DNA of 64,000 nucleotides, taken from positions 21,552 to 85,551 of the forward strand of contig CAZRYF010000011.1 of assembly GCA_964604165.1 (NCBI GenBank), read 5' to 3'. Below are positions 26,370-35,125 of this stretch, piece after piece. The position numbers were made by a program, and so were the translations under genes. Origin of the DNA: an uncultured Enterobacterales bacterium. GTDB lineage: Bacteria > Myxococcota_A > UBA796 > CAJQPC01. How positions within the stretch are numbered: position 1 is the stretch's first letter; the number at the start of each line of letters is the position of its first letter. The notes beneath the pieces were generated by a model that was not told where the DNA came from, did not search any database, and was given only the letters and a program-made list of their open reading frames with translations.

Positions 26370-26635
26370 TCGACGGTGTCCTCAAATTCATGGGAGCACT
26401 CGAGAATGCCGAACGTGTCGCACTCAATAGACTCCACGCAGGCAAGGTGGCCGTCCACGTCGTAGGTCTCCTCCTCAGTGGCAAAAGCGCAGCCCTCCCA
26501 ACAGGAGGTCAGTGAAGGGTAGGCCGAGTAGTCGCAGTCGTTGACCAGCACGTCACAGAGGTCCTGGCACGCGCTGTTTTCAGCACGTTCGCCCACGCAC
26601 CCGGAACTCAACAGCATCAAAAGGGAAAAAAGCAT
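26366..26635 (-). CDS. Small Cys-rich lipoprotein (89 aa)
   Basis: MLFSLLMLLSSGC is the lipobox. The mature part has 9 further Cys. It has an ATGA overlap with the SDR gene. Confidence 0.6.
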   Translation of the reverse strand: MLFSLLMLLSSGCVGERAENSACQDLCDVLVNDCDYSAYPSLTSCWEGCAFATEEETYDVDGHLACVESIECDTFGILECSHEFEDTVE

Positions 26636-26645
26636 CTTGCACTTC

Positions 26646-27821
26646 CTAGGGGGTCACAAGGGCGGTTCCCACAAAACCAAGCAAGGCAATCCCCTCCAGG
26701 GCGCTGCCATTGTCCGGTCGGGTGGAGGAACTCTGGACAAATCTCATTATCTGGACAATGGCAATGCTGCCCGTGGGCAAGCCAGAGAGAACGGTGGAAG
26801 GCACCGTCAAGCTGCCGTGGTTCGTGTCGTGGCACACGACGGTGCCCAGGGTCTGCCCGGACATGTCTCCGAAGATCATCTGAACCAGCACTTGCTCCCC
26901 GCCACCGCTGGGGGACCAGGAGAAGGAGATTCCGGTGCTGCGGCTGACCTGGGCGGAGTACGCGTAGGGCGTGTCCATCAACAGGCTCTGGGGAGCAAAG
27001 GACACCCAGCCCTGGGGGGTGGAGATCACATCCTCCACCTGGAAAGCCGCCGTGGAGCCGCTTCCCGGGACCGAGAGGTCGTAGGAGGTGTTGGAGACAA
27101 AGTCCGCTGCCGATAGATTTGCACCCTCGTACCAGGTGCCCGTGCTGTCCACGATGCGCTGCAATCCCACTGTTCGTTGCCCGGCGAGGAGGTGCACGTA
27201 ATCTCCAACCCCATCCAGGGTGACCGACGGCGTGGAGGCCGTGTGATCCCGGATGCAGGTGCCCGTGGCGGGAAGCCACGAGAGCCAAGAGTCCTGCACC
27301 GGCGTGTGAAACTGGGCCATGGCCGTGGCGGACAAGTCGCTTGCAAGACCGAAACAACTTGGGCAGGCATACTGAACGAAGGAGAGCTCCACGTACCCCC
27401 CCGTGCCCCCTGTCGATGAAGTGCCTCCAGTGTCATCGTTGCCGGTGTCCGGGGGAGGACCCGAGTCCGAATAATGGTAGCCGTTCTCCAGGACGGCCTC
27501 TCCAAGGTCGCTGGTGACCGTGAGGTCGACGCTGCCCTCAAACCCAAGGGCCGGACTGGCGACGATGATCTCGTCTGGACCCACCCGGGTGACGTCCACC
27601 TCGGCCCGACCAAAGGAGACGGTCATGTCTCCTTCAAAGCCCGTCCCCAGGAGGGTCACAATGGTCCCCCCCTCGGTGGGTCCCCAGTCCGGGTCCACGG
27701 ACTGGATCTCCACGGTGGCCCCCTCCCCGCCGGAGTCCCCATTCAAGTCATCCAGCCCGAGCTTTCCCTGGCAAGACACCAGAACCCACCCCCAGGCGAG
27801 GGCTTGAAGCGTGCGCCTCAC
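26646..27821 (-). CDS. IPT/TIG domain lipoprotein
   Basis: The lipobox is WVLVSC. VEIQSVDPDWGPTEGGTIVTLLGTGFEG is an IPT/TIG signature. The remainder is unknown. Confidence 0.7.
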   Translation of the reverse strand: MRRTLQALAWGWVLVSCQGKLGLDDLNGDSGGEGATVEIQSVDPDWGPTEGGTIVTLLGTGFEGDMTVSFGRAEVDVTRVGPDEIIVASPALGFEGSVDLTVTSDLGEAVLENGYHYSDSGPPPDTGNDDTGGTSSTGGTGGYVELSFVQYACPSCFGLASDLSATAMAQFHTPVQDSWLSWLPATGTCIRDHTASTPSVTLDGVGDYVHLLAGQRTVGLQRIVDSTGTWYEGANLSAADFVSNTSYDLSVPGSGSTAAFQVEDVISTPQGWVSFAPQSLLMDTPYAYSAQVSRSTGISFSWSPSGGGEQVLVQMIFGDMSGQTLGTVVCHDTNHGSLTVPSTVLSGLPTGSIAIVQIMRFVQSSSTRPDNGSALEGIALLGFVGTALVTP

Positions 27822-28963
27822 TCGCCGGTGTCCTCGGTTCGGTTTGGATCAAACAGAAAGTACCCTACAGCTCCTTCCCCTTCGTAGTTGTCCGTGATCC
27901 ACAGGTGAATGCGGGAGCCGACGGTACTGGCCGCTACCGCTCGCACCACGCCCCCATCCGCCGGATCCACGTCCAGGGGAATGTAGGTGGACTCTTTCTC
28001 CCAGATGTCGCTGCCCCGATCCCCTATTTCAGTGGCCATACCCAGGTGCACGTTGGTCGCGGAAATAAAGGTGCTTCCGGGCACCTCGGTCCAACCCGAA
28101 AAGCCCACATAGAACATGTACCGCTGACCCTCCAGTTCCGCGACGGCGATGTCCGTGAAGCCGCTGTCATCCCAGTCCCCCGACTCTCCCGCCGGCAGGA
28201 TCTTCTGGTCTGTGAAGCTCCAGCTGTTCACGTTCCGGGCAGCCACCTTGTAGGCCTCGCAAGCCGGGTACAGCTCCCCGTTCAGGATGTCGTCAATGGT
28301 CATCTCTTCCGCCCCGGCCACGTACCCGGTGTAGCCTTCCACGTTGCCCAGGTTTAGATCCAGCGGCCAGCACCAGCTCTGCACCGACCCCACGGTGGAC
28401 ATCATGTCCATGACCGGGTTTTCGGGCATGCGGGTCCAATCCTGACCATCTGGAGAAGTGGCAACCCCGAGTCCCACCGAGCTCGTGCTGTAGTTGATTC
28501 CCTGGTACATCATGACGTACTGCTCGGAGTAAGGGTCCCAGAGCACGCTCAAGCCATCCATGGAATCCCCGTCCCAGGCGCTCCCTCCCGGGGTGTCCAA
28601 GATGGGATTCGCCTCCAGGGTCTCCCAGTCCGTGCCCTCTGGGCTCACGGCATAGCCGAGCTTCATGGAGGAGCTGCCGTTGACTTCCCGGTACCCGGTG
28701 TACCAGAGCTGGTAGAAGGGATGCCCCAGCACCTGCGTCACCAGGAATGCCGTGCCGCCCACAGACTCGGCCCACTGCTCATTTGTGGTGCTGAAGACCG
28801 GGTTGCAGTCGTAGCGGTAGAAGTCCGTGTCTTCCACCTGGGTAAAGTCGCAGTCCGTGACCTCTCCTGGATCCACGTCCACAGGGCCCTTGGAGAGTTC
28901 GTAGTCCTGCGTGCACGCCCAGAGGGCCGCTGGAATCAAAAGAAGGGGGGTCATTCGCCGCAT
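27818..28963 (-). CDS. Lipoprotein, beta-propeller glycoside-hydrolase-like (GH43/32/68 clan-like)
   Basis: ORF trimmed to ATG 28963 (MRRMTPLLLIPAALWAC). It has recurrent blade-like motifs (LWYTGY, MMYQG, MFYVGF, LWITD). The family call is tentative. Confidence 0.45.
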   Translation of the reverse strand: MRRMTPLLLIPAALWACTQDYELSKGPVDVDPGEVTDCDFTQVEDTDFYRYDCNPVFSTTNEQWAESVGGTAFLVTQVLGHPFYQLWYTGYREVNGSSSMKLGYAVSPEGTDWETLEANPILDTPGGSAWDGDSMDGLSVLWDPYSEQYVMMYQGINYSTSSVGLGVATSPDGQDWTRMPENPVMDMMSTVGSVQSWCWPLDLNLGNVEGYTGYVAGAEEMTIDDILNGELYPACEAYKVAARNVNSWSFTDQKILPAGESGDWDDSGFTDIAVAELEGQRYMFYVGFSGWTEVPGSTFISATNVHLGMATEIGDRGSDIWEKESTYIPLDVDPADGGVVRAVAASTVGSRIHLWITDNYEGEGAVGYFLFDPNRTEDTGE

Positions 28964-29079
28964 GGGACTCTCTCCTGGAAGGATCGAGTCAGTGTATTGG
29001 CCAGCGGGGTAGGCCGCCACGAGAGGCGTCGCGTCCGGCTGTTCTTCTTGACAGGCCTGGCAGGTCATCGCCACAGGGT

Positions 29080-30027
29080 TCAGGGTGCAAACTCCAAGCC
29101 TGCTGCTCTCACCTCGGCCTCCACCTCACGAATCACGTCATAGTGGCTGTCATCCACAGGCATGAAGCCATTCAATCGCAACAACGGCGCCAACAGCCGC
29201 CGCCCCTGGGCTGTGGCCGTGGAGATCTCAGAAAGCGCCCGTCCCATGGCCTCCGATGCAACCGGGGGGAAGCCGTCCCTCACTGCATAGGCCTCATGTG
29301 GCACCCGGTGTGCCTTTGCCACCACCCGCAGCATCACCGCTGCATCCGGATCGCGCATCCGTCCTTCCCCAAGGGCTCCTTCATAGGTGGCACCCGCATC
29401 AAACCTACGATCCAAAACCGCCTGAAACACCTCTGTATGAGAGCCAAGGAACCGTGGATGCACATCTCGGGCCGGGTGGATTCCCTCCTCCAACATGCGA
29501 GCCGCGGGAAACAGCCAACCAGACGTGGACCGGCGGTCCACAAAGGCAAACGTGCGGTTCACGAGGTCACTGATGGATTCAATTCCCGACTCCTCGTGGG
29601 TGATGATGTAGGCCCCGTACCGCTCGCTCCCCTGGGCAATGTGGGAGGCAAAGACCTCGATACCCGGCTCGCTCGCCTTGGCCCGCACATAGCTGTACGG
29701 ACTGATAATGGCGGCATCGACCTGTCCCTGGACAAGGCGGGTCTCAAGGTCTGCGTAGTCATCCCCCACCAACAGCTCCACGGGTACCCCCACCCTGGCC
29801 TCCACGTAGGACAGGATGGGACCGTAGTTCTCCACCAGGGTCTCCACGTCCAGGTACGGCGTCAAGCCCCACTTGATCCGGTCGATATTCGCTTCTTTCA
29901 GCGCTTCAGCAGCCCTGGAAAAGAGATCCTCCGACGGCACAACCGGCGCGGGGTCTGGCAATTCCGGTGCTTCCGGCGCCTTGCAGCCAAGCGCAAAGAC
30001 GCAAACCAGGAGCAGTGACCTTCTCAC
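29080..30027 (-). CDS. PhnD-like (phosphate/phosphonate ABC-type) periplasmic binding lipoprotein
   Basis: The lipobox is VFALGC. Motifs GLTPY, GQVDAAIISPYSY, FVDRRSTSGWLFP and RVPHEAY fit the family. It has an ATGA-type 4-nt overlap with the upstream GGDEF gene. Confidence 0.75.
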   Translation of the reverse strand: MRRSLLLVCVFALGCKAPEAPELPDPAPVVPSEDLFSRAAEALKEANIDRIKWGLTPYLDVETLVENYGPILSYVEARVGVPVELLVGDDYADLETRLVQGQVDAAIISPYSYVRAKASEPGIEVFASHIAQGSERYGAYIITHEESGIESISDLVNRTFAFVDRRSTSGWLFPAARMLEEGIHPARDVHPRFLGSHTEVFQAVLDRRFDAGATYEGALGEGRMRDPDAAVMLRVVAKAHRVPHEAYAVRDGFPPVASEAMGRALSEISTATAQGRRLLAPLLRLNGFMPVDDSHYDVIREVEAEVRAAGLEFAP

Positions 30028-31376
30028 TTCTTTACCTCGCTGCAGGACACCACCACGTTCCGCCCCGCTTCTTTGGCAAGGTACAAGGCCTGGTCCGCCA
30101 TGGAGACAAGGCCCGTCGCTGCACGGGCATCAAGGGGATGACTGGCCAAGCCCAAGGAGATCGTGACCCGCACCCCCGCCGCACCTTCCTCTGGCAGCTC
30201 GAAAGTGTGGCCGGCGATCCGTTGCCGCAGCTTCTCAGCCACCTCCCGCGCATCCTCCGGCGTCGTGTCCACCAGGATCACCGAGAACTCCTCCCCCCCG
30301 TAGCGGGCCACAATGTCGCTGGTCCTCAAGCTGTCTTCCAAGAGGCCAGCCAGGGTCACCAGCACACGATCCCCCGCGGGATGTCCGTGGGCATCGTTGT
30401 AGCGCTTGAAGTGATCCACATCCAGCATGATCAGGGTCAGCTCCGCCCCTGTCCGGTTGGCTCGACGAATCTCTGCCGCAAGGGACTTCTGAAAGGCCCG
30501 GTGGTTCAACAGGCCCGTCAGCCCGTCGGTGCGGGCCATGTGCTCCAGCTTGCCCACCGCCCCTTCCAGCTCGCTGTTGGCAACCTCCAGCTGGGCATTG
30601 GCCTTCTTCAGCTCCTCTGTTCGCCTTGCAACCCGTCCCTCCAGGTCCCGGGTGTACTCCTGGAGCTCCCCTGCCATTTCATTGAACACCCTGGACACGA
30701 CCCCAAATTCGTCCCGGCCCTTTTCCCCGGGCATGCGCGCATCCAGGTTGCCATCGGCGATACGGCGAGCCGTGACGGAGAGCAGCTCCATGGGCCGCAA
30801 AACCATGCGAGACAAGAGGATGCCCAGCACCAGTCCCGCGAGGAGAGCGCCGCCCAAGGAAGAGAGGATGACCTCCCTTCGGCGCTGCAGAATGCGGGCA
30901 TCGACCCGCTCAAGGGACATGGTGGCTGTGGCGGTGCCCCACCTGAGTCCTGAAACAATCGGCATGGACAACAAGAGGCGGGCCCCGTCTGCATCTCGCA
31001 CTTCTTCCACCAACGGACGCGCACTTCCCAGCGCCCGCATGGTGAAGGGATCCGAGAACCGACGCCCGAAAAGCTGGGGCTCGGTGTGGGCCACAACCCT
31101 TCCTGCCGTATCCAGAATCGCAAGGCCCAGCAGGTCCAGGTCAGCCCCCTCTTCCTCCGCGAACCGGGCCACCACTGCATCCAGCGTCTCCATCTCCCGG
31201 TTGGCCAGGGCGACAGAGCACGGCACAGCCAAGGCTCGCTGCACCTGCTGTCCCCGGGAAATAGCCTCGGCGAAGAGCAGCTGCCCTTCCGTGCGCACTT
31301 CTCTCCACCCACCCACAAGCTGAATGCCAGCCACGGTGCCTGCCACCGCCAGAATCGCCTTTCTGCGAATGCCCAC
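30024..31376 (-). CDS. Diguanylate cyclase with periplasmic sensor region, HAMP and GGDEF domains
   Basis: A HAMP-like segment (RPMELLSVTARRIADGNLDAR), a coiled coil, then DGLTGLLNHR and the RYGGEEF active site. Confidence 0.9.
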   Translation of the reverse strand: MGIRRKAILAVAGTVAGIQLVGGWREVRTEGQLLFAEAISRGQQVQRALAVPCSVALANREMETLDAVVARFAEEEGADLDLLGLAILDTAGRVVAHTEPQLFGRRFSDPFTMRALGSARPLVEEVRDADGARLLLSMPIVSGLRWGTATATMSLERVDARILQRRREVILSSLGGALLAGLVLGILLSRMVLRPMELLSVTARRIADGNLDARMPGEKGRDEFGVVSRVFNEMAGELQEYTRDLEGRVARRTEELKKANAQLEVANSELEGAVGKLEHMARTDGLTGLLNHRAFQKSLAAEIRRANRTGAELTLIMLDVDHFKRYNDAHGHPAGDRVLVTLAGLLEDSLRTSDIVARYGGEEFSVILVDTTPEDAREVAEKLRQRIAGHTFELPEEGAAGVRVTISLGLASHPLDARAATGLVSMADQALYLAKEAGRNVVVSCSEVKK

Positions 31377-31379
31377 GGC

Positions 31380-32243
31380 TCAGGACACCATCGAGGGCTG
31401 TCGCCTGTCCAGCCAGGGCGTCCACCAGCCCACCGTCAACGGAAGGTAGAACACCATCATGCCGACGGAGAACATACCCAGCTTCATGCTCCAGGCGATC
31501 CCTACGTGCAACACCATAATCGGCGGAATCCAGTAGCGACTCCAGCGCGTAAGAAGGAGGAAGGCGGAGAGCTCCAACGCAATGGTTCCCCAGCCCAGCG
31601 CACGCAGCAGCCACCACCAGGGGGCAGCGGCGAGAGGATCCAGGCTTGATGCCATGGGATCTGCCAGGATGCGGTAGAGAACGGGCATGCCACTCACCGC
31701 GAGCCAGCCCGGCTGTTGGGCCAGCTTGGCGACACCTGCGGACGTGTAAACAAGGACCAACATCCATCGGAGCAGAATCAAGGGCCAAGCCCCCACCTGG
31801 TCGGCCGGCGCCCCCGGGGCAAAGGACCACCTCCTGTGGCTGCCCGAGAAGAGAAGAAAGAGCAGCACCGTTCGCAGCATCCGGTCAATGCCGCGATCCC
31901 CTGGTGGGTACAAGTGCCCCAGTTGGGCCCACAGCAGCACTGAGATCAGAATGGCCGGCCGGGTGCCCACCCCCAAAAGCACGCAAACAAGGGCCCCGAG
32001 GGTCAGGAAAAAGACCGGCGGCCCCATGGTGGCCGGGTCAATCCAAAGAGACGGATCGGAGAAACCGGAGAGCCCCCCGGCTGCAAAACTCCTGTACATC
32101 ACGTCCACCCAACCCAGGTGGGCCACCCGTGCCAGGTCCAGAATCGCCACCAATGCCACCGCAATGCGCAGGGCGGCCAAGGCCCGGGCATCCACGGTCC
32201 GCCCACATCGCTCCACCCAGAGCTGCCAGGCCCGGAGAATCAT
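31380..32243 (-). CDS. HTTM-domain (vitamin K-dependent gamma-carboxylase-like; SdpB-family fold) membrane protein
   Basis: ORF trimmed to ATG 32243 (ATGA overlap with the upstream stop). It has VDARALAALRIAVALVAILDL at the N-terminus and is a polytopic, Trp-rich membrane protein. Confidence 0.65.
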   Translation of the reverse strand: MILRAWQLWVERCGRTVDARALAALRIAVALVAILDLARVAHLGWVDVMYRSFAAGGLSGFSDPSLWIDPATMGPPVFFLTLGALVCVLLGVGTRPAILISVLLWAQLGHLYPPGDRGIDRMLRTVLLFLLFSGSHRRWSFAPGAPADQVGAWPLILLRWMLVLVYTSAGVAKLAQQPGWLAVSGMPVLYRILADPMASSLDPLAAAPWWWLLRALGWGTIALELSAFLLLTRWSRYWIPPIMVLHVGIAWSMKLGMFSVGMMVFYLPLTVGWWTPWLDRRQPSMVS

Positions 32244-32830
32244 GGCATCCTCACAAGCCAAAGAGGTTCTTGGGCCACAATGCGATGGGACTCCTCCATG
32301 CGAGTTCCGGGAAAGTCCCCCACGAGAAACAACAACGCCACCTCTTCCGCCTGGGGATAATCCTCCCGAGCCTTCTCCACGATGTATCTGGAGATCCCCT
32401 TCCAGTTTCGGGAACGGCGAGACCGGGTGGTGGTCTCCAGCACTGGCCGGATCTTGCGGCTGCCAAGCTGTGGCCCAAGCCACTGCAACACCGGGTCACC
32501 CGTGCGGTAGACCGGCACCCCGTCGACCTGGATCTCCATGCGGCGCACCCGCCTGGGCCCATCCCGGTAGAGGTTCCAGGTCTGTGCGATGCGAAAGGGC
32601 TTCTGAATCGGCTCCAACAAGCGCACCAGGGGCATGCGAATGCGACGGTTGAAGCCGTAGACTCCCTCCGCCACGCGCATCCCCGCTGCGCCCACGCGCT
32701 CCTCCACCCGGTCTCGATCCCGCTGACTCTTCAAGGCGTTGGAGGGAATGAAATCCAGTCCGGGGGTGGCGAGGATGCCCATCGCCACCGCCACACACCC
32801 TACAAGTGCTGCGCGCAGCTCCGGCCTCAT
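32240..32830 (-). CDS. Hypothetical membrane-anchored protein coupled to the HTTM protein
   Basis: ORF trimmed to ATG 32830. It has one N-terminal TM helix, and the rest is basic. No family recognised; whether it is SdpA-like is untested. Confidence 0.55.
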   Translation of the reverse strand: MRPELRAALVGCVAVAMGILATPGLDFIPSNALKSQRDRDRVEERVGAAGMRVAEGVYGFNRRIRMPLVRLLEPIQKPFRIAQTWNLYRDGPRRVRRMEIQVDGVPVYRTGDPVLQWLGPQLGSRKIRPVLETTTRSRRSRNWKGISRYIVEKAREDYPQAEEVALLFLVGDFPGTRMEESHRIVAQEPLWLVRMP

Positions 32831-32867
32831 GGAAGACACTGCCGCAAATTGGCCCCGTGACTCAGGG

Positions 32868-33344
32868 TCAGGCGACGCCGAGCAGCTGACCCTGAAGCTC
32901 GCTGCCAACCGGAACCACCGCCGCGGAGGCGTTGTAGGTCACCAACCCAAGGGCCGCGTCCCGGATGGCCTCCATCAACCTGCTCGGCGGCATTCCATCC
33001 AGCACCCCAGTGGCCTCTTCGGTCAGACCCACGAGTGGTCCCAGGGAAAACGCCGGCGAGCTGCTGCTCTCCGCCCCACCCAGAACCCCCGTGTCCTTGC
33101 CGGTGGAAGAGCCCTCCATGCCCGCAAATGCGCCGGAGACCTGCCCGGTGGTAGAGCCTTCCATACCCGCGAAGATCCCTCGCCCGCCTTCTTGCAGAGA
33201 GCTCGCGCCGGCGTTCGAGTCGGCCCGCGCCGAAGAGCCCGTTTGCGAAGCTCCACCGCCCAGTCCCATCAGGCCTGCGCCCGCAGCGGACGCCGCCATG
33301 CCTATGCCCATCGCAGCCACGATGAGATGTTCCCACCCAACCAC
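32868..33344 (-). CDS. Gly/Ser-rich hypothetical protein with N-terminal hydrophobic segment and internal FAGMEGS(T/S)TG repeat
   Basis: GTG start at 33344. Third positions are moderately GC-rich. The competing ORFs (32965..33360 on plus, 32827..33450 on minus) are Pro/Arg-rich shadow-type. Confidence 0.45.
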   Translation of the reverse strand: MVGWEHLIVAAMGIGMAASAAGAGLMGLGGGASQTGSSARADSNAGASSLQEGGRGIFAGMEGSTTGQVSGAFAGMEGSSTGKDTGVLGGAESSSSPAFSLGPLVGLTEEATGVLDGMPPSRLMEAIRDAALGLVTYNASAAVVPVGSELQGQLLGVA

Positions 33345-33398
33345 TTGTTTTCACAAGTAATTTGTTCTTAACTGGCCTTGAGGATCTCTTCATATCCC

Positions 33399-34154
33399 TC
33401 ACCTGCGGTGTGCCAGGTGCGAGGCACAGATTCGGGAGTGCTCTTCCCACACGGGCCAGCCCGTTATTTGGATTTCTTCAGGTAGTTCCTTGGTTTTCAC
33501 CCCTGAAGGCGCACGCGAAGGCTCACAGATCCTCCGGCCCAGCACCTCCATTTCCTGCCCAAGCTTCGACAGAAACAGCGCAAAAGACCGGGGCCCCACT
33601 CCCTGGAATTCTCCTGGCAGATGGGTAAAGTCCGTGGATCCACTGACAATTCGCAGGGATCCCTCTGCCCCATGCAGGTCCAACACCCCCACCCGCCTCT
33701 CCCGGCCTTCGTGCCGCACAGCCCCCGTCTTGCGAAAGGAGCGCTCCCGCCGCGCATGGTGACGATAGCGACGAATGACGACGGTTCCAGGAAGCGCCAG
33801 GGAGAAGGACGCCAGACGGCCCTCCACCCACTCCACCTCTTGTTCCTCCCCCTGCCATCCGGGCCCCGCAAGGCACCAGCGCCCATCTTCCCCCGCCCCC
33901 AGCAGCCCTCGGGGAGACTCCCCCTGGGCGAGATCCGCCGTCGCCAGCACGCTCACCCGAAGCCCCGTGGCAGCACGGGTGCGTTCGGCCATCTCTTCGA
34001 GCTCCTCACGGGACTCCCCGCCACGGGCGACCCGCCACCAGCTCGAACTCGCCACGAACCGCGCGGTGACCCCATCAAGCTGAAGGGAGCGGACCAAAGC
34101 CTGTACCTGCGCCTCTCCACCCCCAGCATCCACCACCAACAAGAAGGGCAACAC
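33399..34154 (-). CDS. Hypothetical protein (N-terminal SPOR-like segment?)
   Basis: ORF trimmed to GTG 34154, which shares 1 nt with the upstream TAG stop. LLVVDAGGGEAQVQALVRSLQLDG...WWRV.. is SPOR-like. The rest is unknown. Confidence 0.5.
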   Translation of the reverse strand: MLPFLLVVDAGGGEAQVQALVRSLQLDGVTARFVASSSWWRVARGGESREELEEMAERTRAATGLRVSVLATADLAQGESPRGLLGAGEDGRWCLAGPGWQGEEQEVEWVEGRLASFSLALPGTVVIRRYRHHARRERSFRKTGAVRHEGRERRVGVLDLHGAEGSLRIVSGSTDFTHLPGEFQGVGPRSFALFLSKLGQEMEVLGRRICEPSRAPSGVKTKELPEEIQITGWPVWEEHSRICASHLAHRR

Positions 34155-35125
34155 TAGTGACCCCGCTCCCCCGCATGGTTCACCAGATCGATCACCGTGT
34201 CCCGCAGAGTCTCCAATGGATCTCGGGGCACCCATCCGAGCTCCCTCCGGGCCCGAGACGAGTCGACGTACCAGGTGTGGCAGCCCATCACCACCTCTTC
34301 CCGTGGAATCTTGGCGCCGAACCCGAGCCCCTCGTCCTTACCCAGATCCGGCAGAAAGGAGAGCACATTCCGGGTAAAGCGCGGCATCTTCATGCGCACC
34401 GGTGGCTTGTTGGAGATGCGGGCCAGGCGACTGTAGAACGCCTCGAACGTCATGTTGGCGGCCCCCAGCAGATACCGCCGACCGCTCATTTCCCCCTCCA
34501 CGGCGGCAGCGACAGCTTCTGCCACATCGCGCACATCCACAAAAGACAGGCCTCCGGAGGGAATCGCGGTGAGTTTGTCCTCCAGGAAGTACCGCACGGT
34601 TTGCGTGGCACCTCCGGTTTCATCCCCCGGCCCCAGGAGCAGTGAGGGGTTGATGCTGATGACCTCCAGATCCTGGGCCGCCAAAACTGCCTGCTCGCTG
34701 AAGAGCTTGGATCGGTAGTAAGGCCAGGATCCGATGAGGGAGAGTGGAGGCGGAGAGTCCTCGGTGGCGACGAAGTCCGCGTCCTCCGAGCAGGCCACCG
34801 TACCGGAGCTCGATATGTGCACCAGACGCTTGACCCCGGCCTCGCGGCACGCAGCCAGGACATTCTCGGTGCCCAACACATGGACCTTCCACATTTCCTG
34901 GGCGTCCACTGGCTCGTGGCTGACCCGGCCCGCCGCGTGAACCACCACCTCCACGCCGCCCATCGCTTTGACCAGGGCGTCCTTGTCCAGGACATCCCCG
35001 GAGGCGGTCTCCACGCCCAGCTCCACGGGCCGCCGTACCAGGGCCACCAGATCATGGTCCCCATCGAGCCGCGCGAGAAGGCGACGCCCCAAGAACCCCG
35101 TGGCACCGGTCACAAGTATCTTCAT
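34154..35125 (-). CDS. NAD-dependent epimerase/dehydratase family protein
   Basis: MKILVTGATGFLG, plus YYRSK (the YxxxK motif). It has an ATGA overlap with the megasynthase stop. Confidence 0.85.
   Translation of the reverse strand: MKILVTGATGFLGRRLLARLDGDHDLVALVRRPVELGVETASGDVLDKDALVKAMGGVEVVVHAAGRVSHEPVDAQEMWKVHVLGTENVLAACREAGVKRLVHISSSGTVACSEDADFVATEDSPPPLSLIGSWPYYRSKLFSEQAVLAAQDLEVISINPSLLLGPGDETGGATQTVRYFLEDKLTAIPSGGLSFVDVRDVAEAVAAAVEGEMSGRRYLLGAANMTFEAFYSRLARISNKPPVRMKMPRFTRNVLSFLPDLGKDEGLGFGAKIPREEVVMGCHTWYVDSSRARRELGWVPRDPLETLRDTVIDLVNHAGERGH

Noticed and set aside
25038-26465. 475-aa plus-strand ORF across the kinase 5' end, the SDR gene and the small lipoprotein gene
   Set aside because: It spans three well-supported minus-strand genes, has a shadow-type composition and has no motifs.
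32827-33450. ORFs 32827..33450 (minus) and 32965..33360 (plus) as alternatives to the Gly/Ser-rich gene
   Set aside because: They are Arg/Pro-rich and shadow-like, and they would overlap neighbouring genes. Frame 32868..33344 fits the 37-nt spacing to the next gene, although it remains only moderately supported.
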